Below are positions 1 through 12,663 of a stretch of 64,000 nt of DNA, one piece after another (positions within the stretch are counted from its first letter, which is position 1; every line of letters starts with the position of its first letter). A program made the position numbers and the translations under genes. The DNA comes from the human T2T-CHM13v2.0 reference genome, Homo sapiens. The DNA lies in assembly GCF_009914755.1 (NCBI RefSeq), contig NC_060936.1. One strand, written 5' to 3'. The notes beneath the pieces were generated by a model, which was not told where the DNA came from, searched no databases, and worked only from the letters and a program-made list of their open reading frames with translations.

Positions 1-162
1 TATGTGTACACATAGTATATATATACATAGTATTATATATGTATACTATGTATACACATAGTATATATATAGTATTATATATGTATACTATATATACACA
101 TAGTATTATATATGTATACTACATATAACTAGAATAGAATCATTATATATATATATATATAT
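1..162. repeat. TA-rich minisatellite plus (TA)n
   Basis: Repeated catagtattatatatgtatacta-like units at 1-125 and a (TA)n run at ~144-162. Confidence 0.85.
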
Positions 163-336
163 CTCTAGCAAAGCACAGTAACATAGGTATATAACTAGAA
201 AATAATATTTGACAATTTGGGGAGACCTATAGAGATGCAACCTTCAAGACAGTAAACTAACGTTAAAAATGCCAAATTATTAACAGAGGTTATCAATGAG
301 GTTCGTTAAAAAGAAAAAATATTTTCCCTTTTAAAA

Positions 337-517
337 TTTTTTATTCTTTTATTATTTTATTTTAGCGACAGGATATTGCTGTGTCACTGTCACTCAGGCT
401 GAAGTGCAGTGGCATGATCATAGCTCACTGTAACCTTGAACACTTACGCTCAAGTGACCCTCTGGCCTTGGCATCCCAAAACACTGGGATTACAAACATG
501 AGCCACTGCACTTGGCC
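337..517 (-). mobile_element. Alu monomer (FAM/FRAM-like)
   Basis: T-rich tail, then aggctgaagtgcagtggcatgatcatagctcactg...gggattaca...agccactgcacttggcc; single monomer length. Confidence 0.8.
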
Positions 518-1359
518 TATTCTTCCATATTGTCATATTGCTTAATTTTGTTTTCAAAAAACATACATTCCTTTTGTAATTTAGAAAACAAGTATTATAA
601 ATGAAAAAAACCCTCATAGCTCCCCAATATAAATGGTGAAAAATATAATCGTTAAAACATTCCTCTTCTAATTTATAAGGTTACCCTTTTTTGCTGGTTT
701 ATCTCTATTAGTTGGTTTTCCTCTTCAGTCACCTTTCTAAAAGTGGATAAGCTGTAGGACCCATTAACATTTTACTGGCATGATAAAGCTGGTCATGTTG
801 ATGCCTTTATCGCCTAAGCTGGCATGTAGTGCTATTGTGAAGCCAGTACAGTTTCGTCTGGGTGGTGAGTAGAGGAAAAGTGCAGAAGAATTTAGAACTT
901 GAATGTCTAAAGCCAGAACTCTATCCTTGACCAAGTCTTCCCTAATAATTTATTAAAAACTTCAATAGAAATATAGAAAGCATATTATTTAAACTTCCAG
1001 TTGACAAAAACTGGAAGACATACATACTAGCTTAGATGATTGAATATCAGTTTCAAAATATGCATAGAGTTGAATAACGAGTAAACATTAAATTTTAAAA
1101 ATATTTAATTTAAAAATATTTAAAAGGAGAAAAGGTAAATTTCTATAAATTTAGATTTAGGAATAATTTTATAATTTCATGATGAGAGAAGCTGGGCCAT
1201 TATCTAATGCCCGTTACCTAAGGGTTAGTTTGCCACAGTTCATTGAACTGTCTCTTAGACTAGATTTTGAAAGCAAACTTTTCAGAATCCTTTGCTATGT
1301 TTGTAGCATTGTGACCAGTTCTGCTTGCTGTATTTTAAGAGGAGTATTGATCACTATGA

Positions 1360-1690
1360 AGTGGTCAGAAAGCCTGGAATTAGTCAAATCCCTGCTCTGC
1401 CATGTATTAACTCTGTGGCTTTAGGTAAATTGTAATGCTTAATCTCTCAAAGCTTAGGTTTTCTTATATAGAAAATTTTTTTAAGCTACCCCAGAAAAAT
1501 GTTTTGGGGATTGACTGAGATTATAAAGATGCTAATAATAATAACTTAATAAACCTTGTATGTTGCTTACTCTAAGCCAAGCTAAATTCTAAAAATGTAT
1601 GTTTGTAAGTACATTTAATTCTCATTAGTACTCTGAGGTTGATACTGTTGTTCTCATTTTACAGCTGAAGACACAGGCACAGTGAGCCTG
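1360..1690. mobile_element. Two MIR fragments in opposite orientation
   Basis: MIR core motifs caaatccctgctctgccatgtattaactctgtg and ctcattttacagctgaagacacaggcacag. Confidence 0.6.
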
Positions 1691-3256
1691 TCTCTATATA
1701 TGTCTCTCTATATGTCTTTATATATGTGTCTATATATTCTAGTAAATCATAGTTAAAAATTTTTGTGCATATGAGTGCTAGACATGGTATCATGTGTTTA
1801 TATACCTTTGTTAATTTTTGCCAGAAGAAGGAAGTTGGGCTTATCTCAATAAACGTTTTGAGCCCTTTTGGTACCTATAAAGATACATATAAAGAATTAT
1901 ACTTATGGTATATCTCAAAACTGAGTTTGTTTCCTATAACCCATACTAAAAACAATTTATCAAGTTAATATAGTAATATATTGTGTAAGTATACATGTAT
2001 AATATAGTAAGATGTATATGATAATATATGTTCAAGTTAATATAGCATAATTAGCAAAATCATAATTGGGTTCAAATAATATTATTGACTGATACTTTAA
2101 AATATTTCCCAACTATTATGCTGTTCCATTTACTTTTAAAAAAAATAGAGATATTCTTTTCAATTTAGAGTGTAAAATAATTGCCTCCTCCGTATATATT
2201 TTAAAGATGGCCTATAAACTAGATTCATTAATTCAAAATTACTAAAATAGGCAACTCAGTAACAAAGAGAATCAGCTCATTTTCTTAGATGCTAACAAAA
2301 CTAATTATACAAATTCTGACAAAGTGGACATTGCAAATGAATGAAAATAAAAGGATTGTTCACGATCTTATTGATTAAATAAGGAGAGGCTTTGACTGAG
2401 TAGATGATTTATTGAATACTTAATTGAACATTAATTGATTATTTAAATCATTTTAAAGAATCAGTAGTATTCATCCCTCCATGAGAATGACAGGTTTTTT
2501 TTTTTTGTTTTTTTTTTCGGGAGTACTGGCAATCACCATCTGATTCAGTCTAACGTTTTTTGGCTGGGGCAGGAACTCTGAACTTTATTTCCAAATGAGT
2601 AATAATGATAAACAATCCTAGAGGAAAGTGGGAAAATGCCTGATGGCTTATTGGCGGGAAAAAGAAGGGTGTGTGAGAGGAGGAATTATTCAGTTATCAC
2701 TGGTCTGGAGAAGAAAGAGCATGGCCCATTTGCAAAAATGATTCTTAGTTCACTTTTTTTTTTTTTTTTGCCTTTAGTGATATTATGGGTAATAGCGATA
2801 AATTTTTATTTTCTCAATTTATATATATCAGATTTCTCACTCTGTGTCATCAATTAATTCATTCAAATCCATTTCCAAAACTTTAATCTCGTTAACCTTG
2901 CCAATACTGTTTTGAAAATCTGTCTTGAGTTTCTGAGTTATAAACAGCCTCATATTTTCATAAATATGAAAGAAAGCCATCAAAAAAACTGCACTTATTT
3001 TTTTAGCCTTGGTTTCTCTGTATTCTGTAAAATGATATAGCCTAATAAGAGAGCTTTACTCTAGTGGCCTTCATTATAGCCCATGTGCAGGATGATTCTG
3101 AAATATATAAATTAAATGAATGGAAACAGGCATGCTGACAAGTTTGTTTAGCACCAACGATTGGATATGCTATTCTTAAACCAAAACTTTTGTTTACTCA
3201 TTCATTCCTAGAATTTCAGTATTTTAAGAAGTCTCAGTGCTACAGGATTTCCTGTA

Positions 3257-3750
3257 TTTTTTTAAAATGTGGTAACATATACATAAAATTTACCATGTTA
3301 ACCATTTTTAAATATACAGTTCAGTGACATTAAGTACATTTACATTGTTGGGCAACTGAAACCACAGTCCACTTCCGGAACTTTTTCATCTTCCCAAACT
3401 GATACTCTATGCACATTTAAACAACAACTTCCCATTCCCTCTTCCTCCCAGCCCCTGGTAACTACCATTCCACTTTCTGTCTCCATGAATTTAACTATTC
3501 TTGATATCTTATATGAGTGGATTCATGATGTTTGTCCTTTTATGACTGGCTTAGTTTACTTGGCATAATGTCTTCAGAGTTCATCCATGTTGTAGCACAT
3601 GTCAGAATTTCCTTCCTTTTTAAGGCTGAATAATATTCCATTATATACGTATGCCATATTTTGTTTATCCATTTATTATTGATGGATACTTGGGTTGCTT
3701 TCACTTTTTGTTTATTGTACATATGTTGCTATGAATATGTGTGTATGAAT
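3257..3750 (-). mobile_element. L1M (L1MA/MB-type) 3' end fragment
   Basis: Typical L1M 3' UTR (cagcccctggtaactaccattccactttctgtctccatgaattt). The - strand ORF 3540..3722 resembles the L1 ORF2 C-terminus (WINKIWHTYIMEYYSALKRKEIL). Confidence 0.85.
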
Positions 3751-4823
3751 AGGAAGATTTTTATATTGTTTAAAAGTGGCAATAATGTGAACTTTTTGTA
3801 TAACATCACCAAGTTGACAAAGGAGCTGCAGCAAATGTGGGTGGTTTTACTGCATTTTAAAAACTAGAACACCTTCTTAAACTGATCCTAATCAATCAGC
3901 TCCTCATGGAAAGATTAGAGCTTACAGGAAGAGAATGAAAGGCATACATGAAACACATTTAGCACATTAAGACTTAAATTTTCATTTAAAACTGAAATTT
4001 TATTGCTTGGCTTGTCTTTACATACAGGATTCAGACTATTAAAAAGCTGATAGAAAAAGCTTAAAATACTATTATTTTAGTAATCCTAGAGAAGCAAAGA
4101 AGCCTCTTAACAAATAACAAAAATGTGGGCATAAATAACACATTTATTTCAAGATAACTTAATGCTTTTTTATTAGGCTCTTTTTGGAACTAATGAAACT
4201 ATTATCCAAGGAGGAGATAAATTAAATTTCCACCTACAAGATCAGTATAGCAATATTCTGAATTCAAAATTCTGTTGTTAAGGATGGTGTAACCATATAT
4301 GACAAGGCTTTTACAAACTCCTTTTTGAACATTGCTTTAAGCAATCATTTGTGTATTTGTATTAATTTTCAATCTAATCATTCCAAATGAGGCAAAGTTT
4401 TGTGTACCAGTGATTGAATTAGAAGAAAGAACAAGTTATTTTGTATAGTCTAAAAGCTTTGTAAGAATCCTCTGCTTGCAGTGTTTGCACAGTTCTCCAT
4501 TAGCCCTGTCGTGTTTTCTTCTTCTTTGAGACATCCATTAGTAGATACTTTAACACTAATCCGTTTTCTGTCCCAAATACATAGGAGTCCAGGAGCCAGG
4601 GATGCAGGTGTCATTTTACCTTCTAGTAGTCTATTTTTGTGTTCTGGTGCATGTCCGACTGAGCTCTATTTTTAAAAGTACGGAGCTGCTTGCTACCTGA
4701 AGCCAGAGAGATACTGAAGAATGAAAGACCTCGAGAGTCCTGCTGTCTAAAGGAGTAGCACAGCCAGACACTGATGAGGGTGGAGGTAGTAGCTGAGTCT
4801 TTTGTTATAAAAGCTCATGTTGA

Positions 4824-5160
<337 letters not shown>

Positions 5161-5195
5161 AACATTGTTAATATTTTAATACACATTTTTGTTTA

Positions 5196-5352
5196 TTTTG
5201 TTTGTTCTTTTCTCTATTGCTAATTTTCGCCCAGTATGCTAAGCATTTTAGAGAGATCATGAATCCTCATTTTGCTTCCCTTTGTTTGCTCTTTTCCCTT
5301 TTGCTAATTTTCTCCTAGTATGCTAAGCATTTTAGAGATATCACAGATTCTC
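5196..5352. repeat. Degenerate tandem duplication, period ~84 bp
   Basis: ttgctaattttc(g/t)cc(c/t)agtatgctaagcattttagaga occurs twice. Confidence 0.8.
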
Positions 5353-5549
5353 TTAAGATTAGAGGTATGTATTATTATTTATTTTTAAGGCAAAAGGGAT
5401 TAAGTAATTTACCCAAAGTCTCACTGTTTATCAGATGCAGAGGCTGGGTTTGGGTCCGGGTCTGTCTTGTGCTGATGGCTTCCTGTTTCTGTTACACTAG
5501 ATGGCCAAAACATCACTGGAACTTACAGGATATAACTTTCTTCAAAGTG

Positions 5550-6330
5550 GTAATCATTATACCCAGTCCTTCTTTCCGTTTTCTACTCTCACTGTCCTAG
5601 TTTATGGCCGTATCACTTTGTAGTTGGATGGGCTGTTGCAGTAACTTCTCAACTGGTCTCCCTACCCTCATGCCATCTGAATATTAATTTATTCATTGAA
5701 CTACCACACTACATCTTCTTGATGTACAGCTCTAATCAGGCAGCAGTTTTGTTGAATGTTAATATTTAATCATGTAAATCCTTTGATAAAAAGTAGTTTG
5801 TAGTTGTTTTTTGCCTTTCAAATGAAATAAATACCTCCTTGTTTGGGATTCAGGACCCTCTCTAATCTACCCTTCTTAACATTCAGTCATTTTAAACTGC
5901 TACTGCCTTCATCACATCAATTTTCTAGTGACTTTGAAGCGTGCCTTTTCTCTCTCAAGACAGAGATAGGTAGATCTCTTGAGGTCCTACTTCTGTCTAC
6001 CACATTATTGCCCTCTGCCCCTAATTCTCATCTCTCTATCCTGATCTCCAACCAGCTTAGGTTGAAATTTTACCCATCTTCTACCTGCTTCACGATGTGT
6101 TTTCTGATCATCCCCGTTGGAAGCTCTTTCTCCTTCCTCTGAGTCTCCATAGCGCTGTATCTATTGCTGTCTTACGGCACTTACATTCTCCGTCTTGGAT
6201 TGTGAATAGTTTTATAAGTGAGGGTGAGTTCCTTGAGGATGATCAATGTATAATTGAGCCCACCTCTCCTGCGCCCCACATTATTTATTGCAGTGCCATG
6301 TAGATGCTTAACAAATGTTTTTGAGGCAAT
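5550..6330. mobile_element. L2 fragments
   Basis: L2 motifs ctcaactggtctccct, tgagttccttgagga and catgtagatgcttaacaaatgtt. Confidence 0.55.
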
Positions 6331-6541
6331 GAGATATCATCATAATTTGAATGCAGGTAGTGCTTGGAAATTTAGATAATATCTTAAGTATATGTTATCT
6401 CATTAAATCTGATAACAATAGTGTGGAATTTGGTGATTATCCCCAGTTGATGAATGGTACTTAGGAATTCACAGACATAGGTTCAGTATGTATCTGTGGA
6501 GATTTGTGGATAGTTGTGCTGCTGGGGAAGTTGTTAGGTAG

Positions 6542-6919
<378 letters not shown>

Positions 6920-9900
6920 TGATTTGGACTCACCCTCAGGAAATCAAATATAAAATCATTTACTAAGTCCCACACCATCAGTTTTTCATCTTACGGTGGG
7001 CCCTAGATGTTGGAATTTTTGTTTTTAAGTGTAACAACTTTGAAAAATATTATATTGAATGTATAGAAGACAACTATGAATATAAATTTATTGGTATTAT
7101 AAACACTAAAAAATTTTGAGCAAATAATTTACAGACTTCTTTTTGTAAAATATAAATTCAGTGTTTTCTTTATATCTGCAGTATTGTGAAAAATAAATTT
7201 TTTTCTAATGCCTGGCTGAAAAATAGGTCTGTATCCTAGTTGTACAAGAATAACCCTTCAGAGGCACAGGATTATGTTGCTATAATCCTAAGTGAGCTGT
7301 AAGAGTTAAATGCATTATAATGGGTCTGCTTGGGTACCAGTAAAGATTATATTTAAAACTCAAAATAGGAAACAGAAAAGTCTTGTGTATGAATGAGAAA
7401 CATTTGATGAAAGGAAGTTACATAAGAATAGAGAAATAATATATAACTCCTACTCATTATGTAATAATGTCTCATTTTTCTTTCTCCTTAAGGAATGCCA
7501 TCACATGAATTTTTATTGTTGCTGTTACATTGGTAACCAAATTTCATTTTCTTACTGTGTGGGTGATTTTAATTGAATTTTTTCTTGCTTGCTCAAGGTC
7601 TATCTTTATCAACTTGAATTATTGCAAAATGCAACAGTTCTATAACATCTTCAGAGACAATTAAAATGTTTGGAGATATTTTCCTGATGCTGAATGGCTC
7701 AACTTTTCATGCTTTATACTAGTATGTGTGCCTCTTTAAATGTTAATTCTCTCCCTTACAGTTAGCTGTCCGGTGTGGTGTGGTTAGCAGGTATCTTTGT
7801 TTCTGTTTTGAAGAAGAATTGCGACTTTGCAGGGAGAGCACTTAACCATGCTTGTCAGGTTAATAGTCTTATTTATTCACAGTTGTAGTCAGTGGGCACT
7901 AGATGGAGGCCTGAGGGTGACAGTATATTTTTCCTGTGTAGGACAGCTCTTAGGATTTGTGAGCACCATTCCATTTACCATCTAGCAGCCTTTTCTCCAT
8001 TACAATAAAATTTACAATTGTATTATGAATGAAGAGCTTGTTGGAATTGCTTCTTAAAGAGAATGAAGTCATTTAACATCAGAATGTGCAAAATGACAAT
8101 TCTGTGATGAAAAAGGAGAATTTAGAAGTATGACAACCTACATTTTGTCTTTTTTATAAGGCCTCCCCAAAATTTTTATTTCAGGGCTATTTCAAATCTG
8201 AGCTTCAAATAAAAACAAACAAAATGTTAGGACTATCAATTCTAATAAATTTTTATTTAGGTTTTTCTGGCACAGTTAGAAATTTAGTTATATATAATAC
8301 ATATGTAGATACATATATATATGTATCTTGAGAGACGTTAGATTAGACATGGTAGGCACTCAATTTCTGAAAATTTTCAAACTCTATAATTTAGTTACTC
8401 TTTAGATTTCTACTTCAACTTCCTAATGAATTATTTTCTTTCAAAGGCTCTTCCTGGAATTTTTCTGTTTTTGGCAGGTATGTTTGCATATCTCAAGTGA
8501 CACAATTTGGCCAGGTTTCTGAAAAAGAATACTTTAAAAGAAAAATGTAGGTTGGCTCTTAAGTGTTTTAATGTTATTTGAGATAAACTAAAATAGAGCA
8601 TAATCATATGGTATATTAATAGGAATATGTGCTGATTTCTTAAGCCCCATTCAAATTTTACGATAGTTTTTGTTTCTTTTAATAAATTTGTTTGGTTTAT
8701 AACTTTATCTCAGGGGGGATATATTATTATTTTTTCCTCATTTCTTGAGTGAAATTTTAGCAGAAGTGACTTAATTATAATCTTGGAGATGCATGTTGCT
8801 TACAACTAATTGGGTCCTGGACTTAATAAAATCACTTATGTAGAAAGCCATATACTGTAGGTTAAAAAAGAAAAGGGACAACTTTGGTAATTTTCAAGTT
8901 AAAAATAGAATATAAGTTTCATGAGGTCAGGAACCACATCTCTTAATTTTTTCTTTATTCTGAGTTCAACCTAATTATTATATGCATGACAGATACTCTT
9001 TAAACTTTTTTATTGATTTATTGGTTACAAAATAAATATATTGAATGGTACTGGCAATTCTAGCTTTGTTTCCCACAGATCTGGCTTTATCTAAGAATAT
9101 TTCTCTAATGGAAATAGCAGTTCCTAAAAGTTTAATTAACTCTTTGACCTCAGACCACCTTATTTATATATGTCTAAATTATTTCCTTTCCAGGCATGAT
9201 TCATATTCCTTGAGCTATTGGCCACGTGCCAGGGACCATTGCCATTCCACACATGTGTAGGTTACAGAGTTTTTTTTTTTTTTTTTTTTTTTTGAGCAGG
9301 AACTAGCATGTAAATCCTTTCTTCAAAATATGTATTTATCTACTGGCTGATACCTGACAAAGGAGTGATAATGGTTCCCTACTGCTTGCCGACTCAAGGA
9401 CAGAGTTTTCTGCTACCTTTATTTCTTCCCCCAAAATTTATTTTGACAGACTGCTTTATTGAGAGAGAGAATGAATATAGGATCAGTGTTTCTGTACAAA
9501 CATTTGAATTTGGTGTGAAGGAGGGATAAGCGTCAGAGGAAATGGAAAAGGGGAAATAGAAAAGAGGAAGTATGGTCCATGCTGCCCAAACCGCTGCTTC
9601 TTATTAATCCTTCTCTGTCCCCTCAGCAGTTTTTCTCTATCTTTGCTGTGTGGATTTTGTCCATTCTATTATGGGTGTCTACCTCCAGGGATAACCCAGG
9701 CCTCTTATGGTTTCTTTGTGCACACGCTCTCCTTACTCCAGTCGCTACCTCCTGTTTTCTTTGAGCCTGCCAGATTCCTTCCCACCTTCATCCTCTTCCA
9801 GTCCTTGGGATGACCTAAATTCTCTTCTGTGCTTACTAGAATCCTGTTCATCTTTCATTCCCCATTTCCAGGCCCCTCTCTTTCACAAAGCTTTCTGAAT

Positions 9901-10017
9901 CTATACAGCTTCATTCTCATTCACCTGAGCTGCTCACACCTGGCACCTCACAGTTTAGCATTTCCTTACTCTGTTGTGTGGTCTTCATTTCCTGACCTCA
10001 TCATAGACATCCCATTG

Positions 10018-11499
10018 TTTTCTTTTTTGTTTGGCTTTATTGAGATATAATTGAAAATAAAATCGTATATATTCACAGAATACAATGTGATGATTTGATA
10101 TACATATACATTGTGAAATAATGACCACAATCAAACTAACACATCGATCATAGTTACCTGTGTGTGGTGGAGTTAGGGGGTGGTGGCGACCATACTTAAA
10201 GTCTGCTCTCTTAGCAAACTTTGAGTAAATGATACAGTATTTTTAACTATATTGTAAATTAGATCCCCAGAACATGTGAACTTACTCATCTTGTAACTGA
10301 AAGTTTCTACCTTTGGACCAACATCTCCCTATTCCCTCCACCTTCCAGCGCTTGACAATCACCATTCTACCCTCTGTTTTTATGAGTTCAACTTTCTTAG
10401 ATTCCACATGTAAGTGAGATCATGTGGTATGGCTTATTTCACTTAGCATGATATCCTACAGGTTCACCCATGTTGTGCAAATGGTAGGATTTTCTCCTTT
10501 TTATGGCTGAATAGTATTTCATTGTGTATGCACACACATACATATACACACATCACATGTTCTTTATCCATTTATATATTGTTGAACACTTAGGTTGTTT
10601 CAATGTCTTGGCTTTGTAAATAGTGCTGCAATAAACATGGGAGGGCAGATATCTCTGTGACATGCTGTTTTTATTTCCTTTGCATGTATACCCATAAATG
10701 AGATTGCTGGATCTTAGGGCAGTTCTGTTTTTAAGTTTTTGAGGAATCTCAGTGTTGTTTTTCGTAATCAGTTTACTAAATTACATTCCCACTAACAGCA
10801 TGTAAGGGTTCCCGTTTTTCCACACCCTTGCCAACACTTGTTATCTTTTTGGTAGTATCCATCCTAATAGGTGTGAGGGAATATCTCATTATGATTTTTA
10901 TTTGCATTCCCCGGATGATTACTGAAGTTGAGCACCTTTTCATGTACTTGTTGGCCATTTGTATGTCTTCTTTAAAAATAGTTCTTTGCCCATTAAATCA
11001 AGTTACTTATTTTTTGCTGTTGTATAAGTTCCCGATATATTTTGGATATTAATCTCTTATTGGGTGTATGATGTGCAGTTATTTTCTCCTATTCTGTAGG
11101 TTGCATTTTCATTTCATTGATCACTTCCTTTGTTGTGGAGAAGCCTTTTAGTTTGATGGAGTCCTACTGGTTTACTTTTGCTTTTGTTGCCTATGCTTTC
11201 GGTGTCATACCCATAAAATCATTGCCAATACGAACGTCTTTTTCTGTGTTTTATTAGAGGAGTCTTATGGCTTCAGGTCTTACATTTAAGTCTTTAGTTC
11301 ATTTTGAGCTAATTTTGTGTATGGTTAAGATAACAGTCAATATTATTTTTGTGTGTATGGATATACAGTTTTCCAAGCACCATTTATTAAAGACATATTC
11401 TTTCCCCATTGTTTATTCTGTGCCCTTGTTAAGGATTAGGTGACCGCATGTGCATAGGTTTATTTCTGGGCTCTCTGTTCTGTTCTATTGGTCTATGTG
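10018..11499 (-). mobile_element. L1MA-type element, 5'-truncated (~1.5 kb)
   Basis: L1 3' UTR and ORF2 remnants (ORF 10776..10958 [21 protein letters not shown]). Probable TSD atagacatcc at 10003 and 11500. Confidence 0.9.
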
Positions 11500-11559
11500 A
11501 TAGACATCCTGTCTTATGCTGCTTTTCTGCCTTATTGGAGGCAAAAGTCACTGGTATAC

Positions 11560-11760
11560 TATACAGTTTGGGATCAGCATAGATGTTGATTACAGGCTCT
11601 GTGATCTAGAGAAAGTTACTTAGCATCTCTGTGCCTTTTCTTTCTCTATTTAATAGGGACAATATTTCCTATCTCCAAATGTTATTACTTAATCTTGAGA
11701 TAATTTGCTTACAGCATCTGTCAAAGTGCCAAACATATAGCAGGTACACAATATAATTTT
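11560..11760 (+). mobile_element. MIR
   Basis: aagttacttagcatctctgtgcct...aaagtgccaaacatatagcaggtacacaata. Confidence 0.6.
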
Positions 11761-12359
11761 GTTTTCCTCATAAATACATGGTTAGGTTCAGCATGGTTAT
11801 TCATGAAAAACTTCTTTTAAAAAATTGAGCAACTGAATAAATTCTAATTGAATGGCTGAATTATTTGAAAGGCAAAAAAGGCAGGCAATAAAGTTAGTCT
11901 GAAGTATCTTCATGTAGGTATTCTTGGTGTAGAAGTGTAGTAACTCTAAATCTAGCAAAACAAGCTTTATTCCCATATACTGTAGCTGATTACCAAGTTC
12001 CCAGAGGGAGGTTGGTGGTGCTTTGGGGTCCAGTTTATTAGATTGGATTAGATGGGGTAGATGCAAGAAGATATACCAGCATTCCCAATTCCTTCCAATA
12101 CAAAGATTTTGTGGCTTATTAAATTTTTAAGTGATTATGGAGTACTTAATTTTAGCTTTTTATAAACTTATAAATTTTTTTAAAAACTATTTCCAGTTGG
12201 CTTTCATATGTTTTTCATAGTATAGATATAGCATATTACATATCTATATTGACTACATGAAGAAAAGCAACTAGTGTGTAAAAATTAATTTTTTTGTTTT
12301 TGTTGAATGTCATTGTTTCAGACTTCTCTTGTACTGAAGTGTAGTAAAATGTATTTTCT

Positions 12360-12663
12360 ATTTTTATTTATTTATTTATTTTGAGACTAAATGTTGCTCT
12401 GTCCCCCAGGCTGTAGTGCAGTGACTTGATCTTGGCTCACTGCAACCTCCGTCTGCCTCCTGGGTTGAAGCAATTCTGCCTCTGCATCCTAAGTAGCTGG
12501 GACTACAGGTGCGCGCCACCACGCCCAGCTAATTTTTGTATTTTTAGTAGAGATGGGGTTTCACCTTATTGGTCAGGCTGGTCTCGAACTCCTGACCTTG
12601 TGATCCACCCGCTTCAGCCCCCGAAAGTGTTGGGATTACAGGCGTGAGCCACCATGCCTGGCC
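12360..12663 (-). mobile_element. AluS, full length
   Basis: Dimeric Alu; TSD aatgt(a/g)ttttct at 12348 and 12664. Confidence 0.95.
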
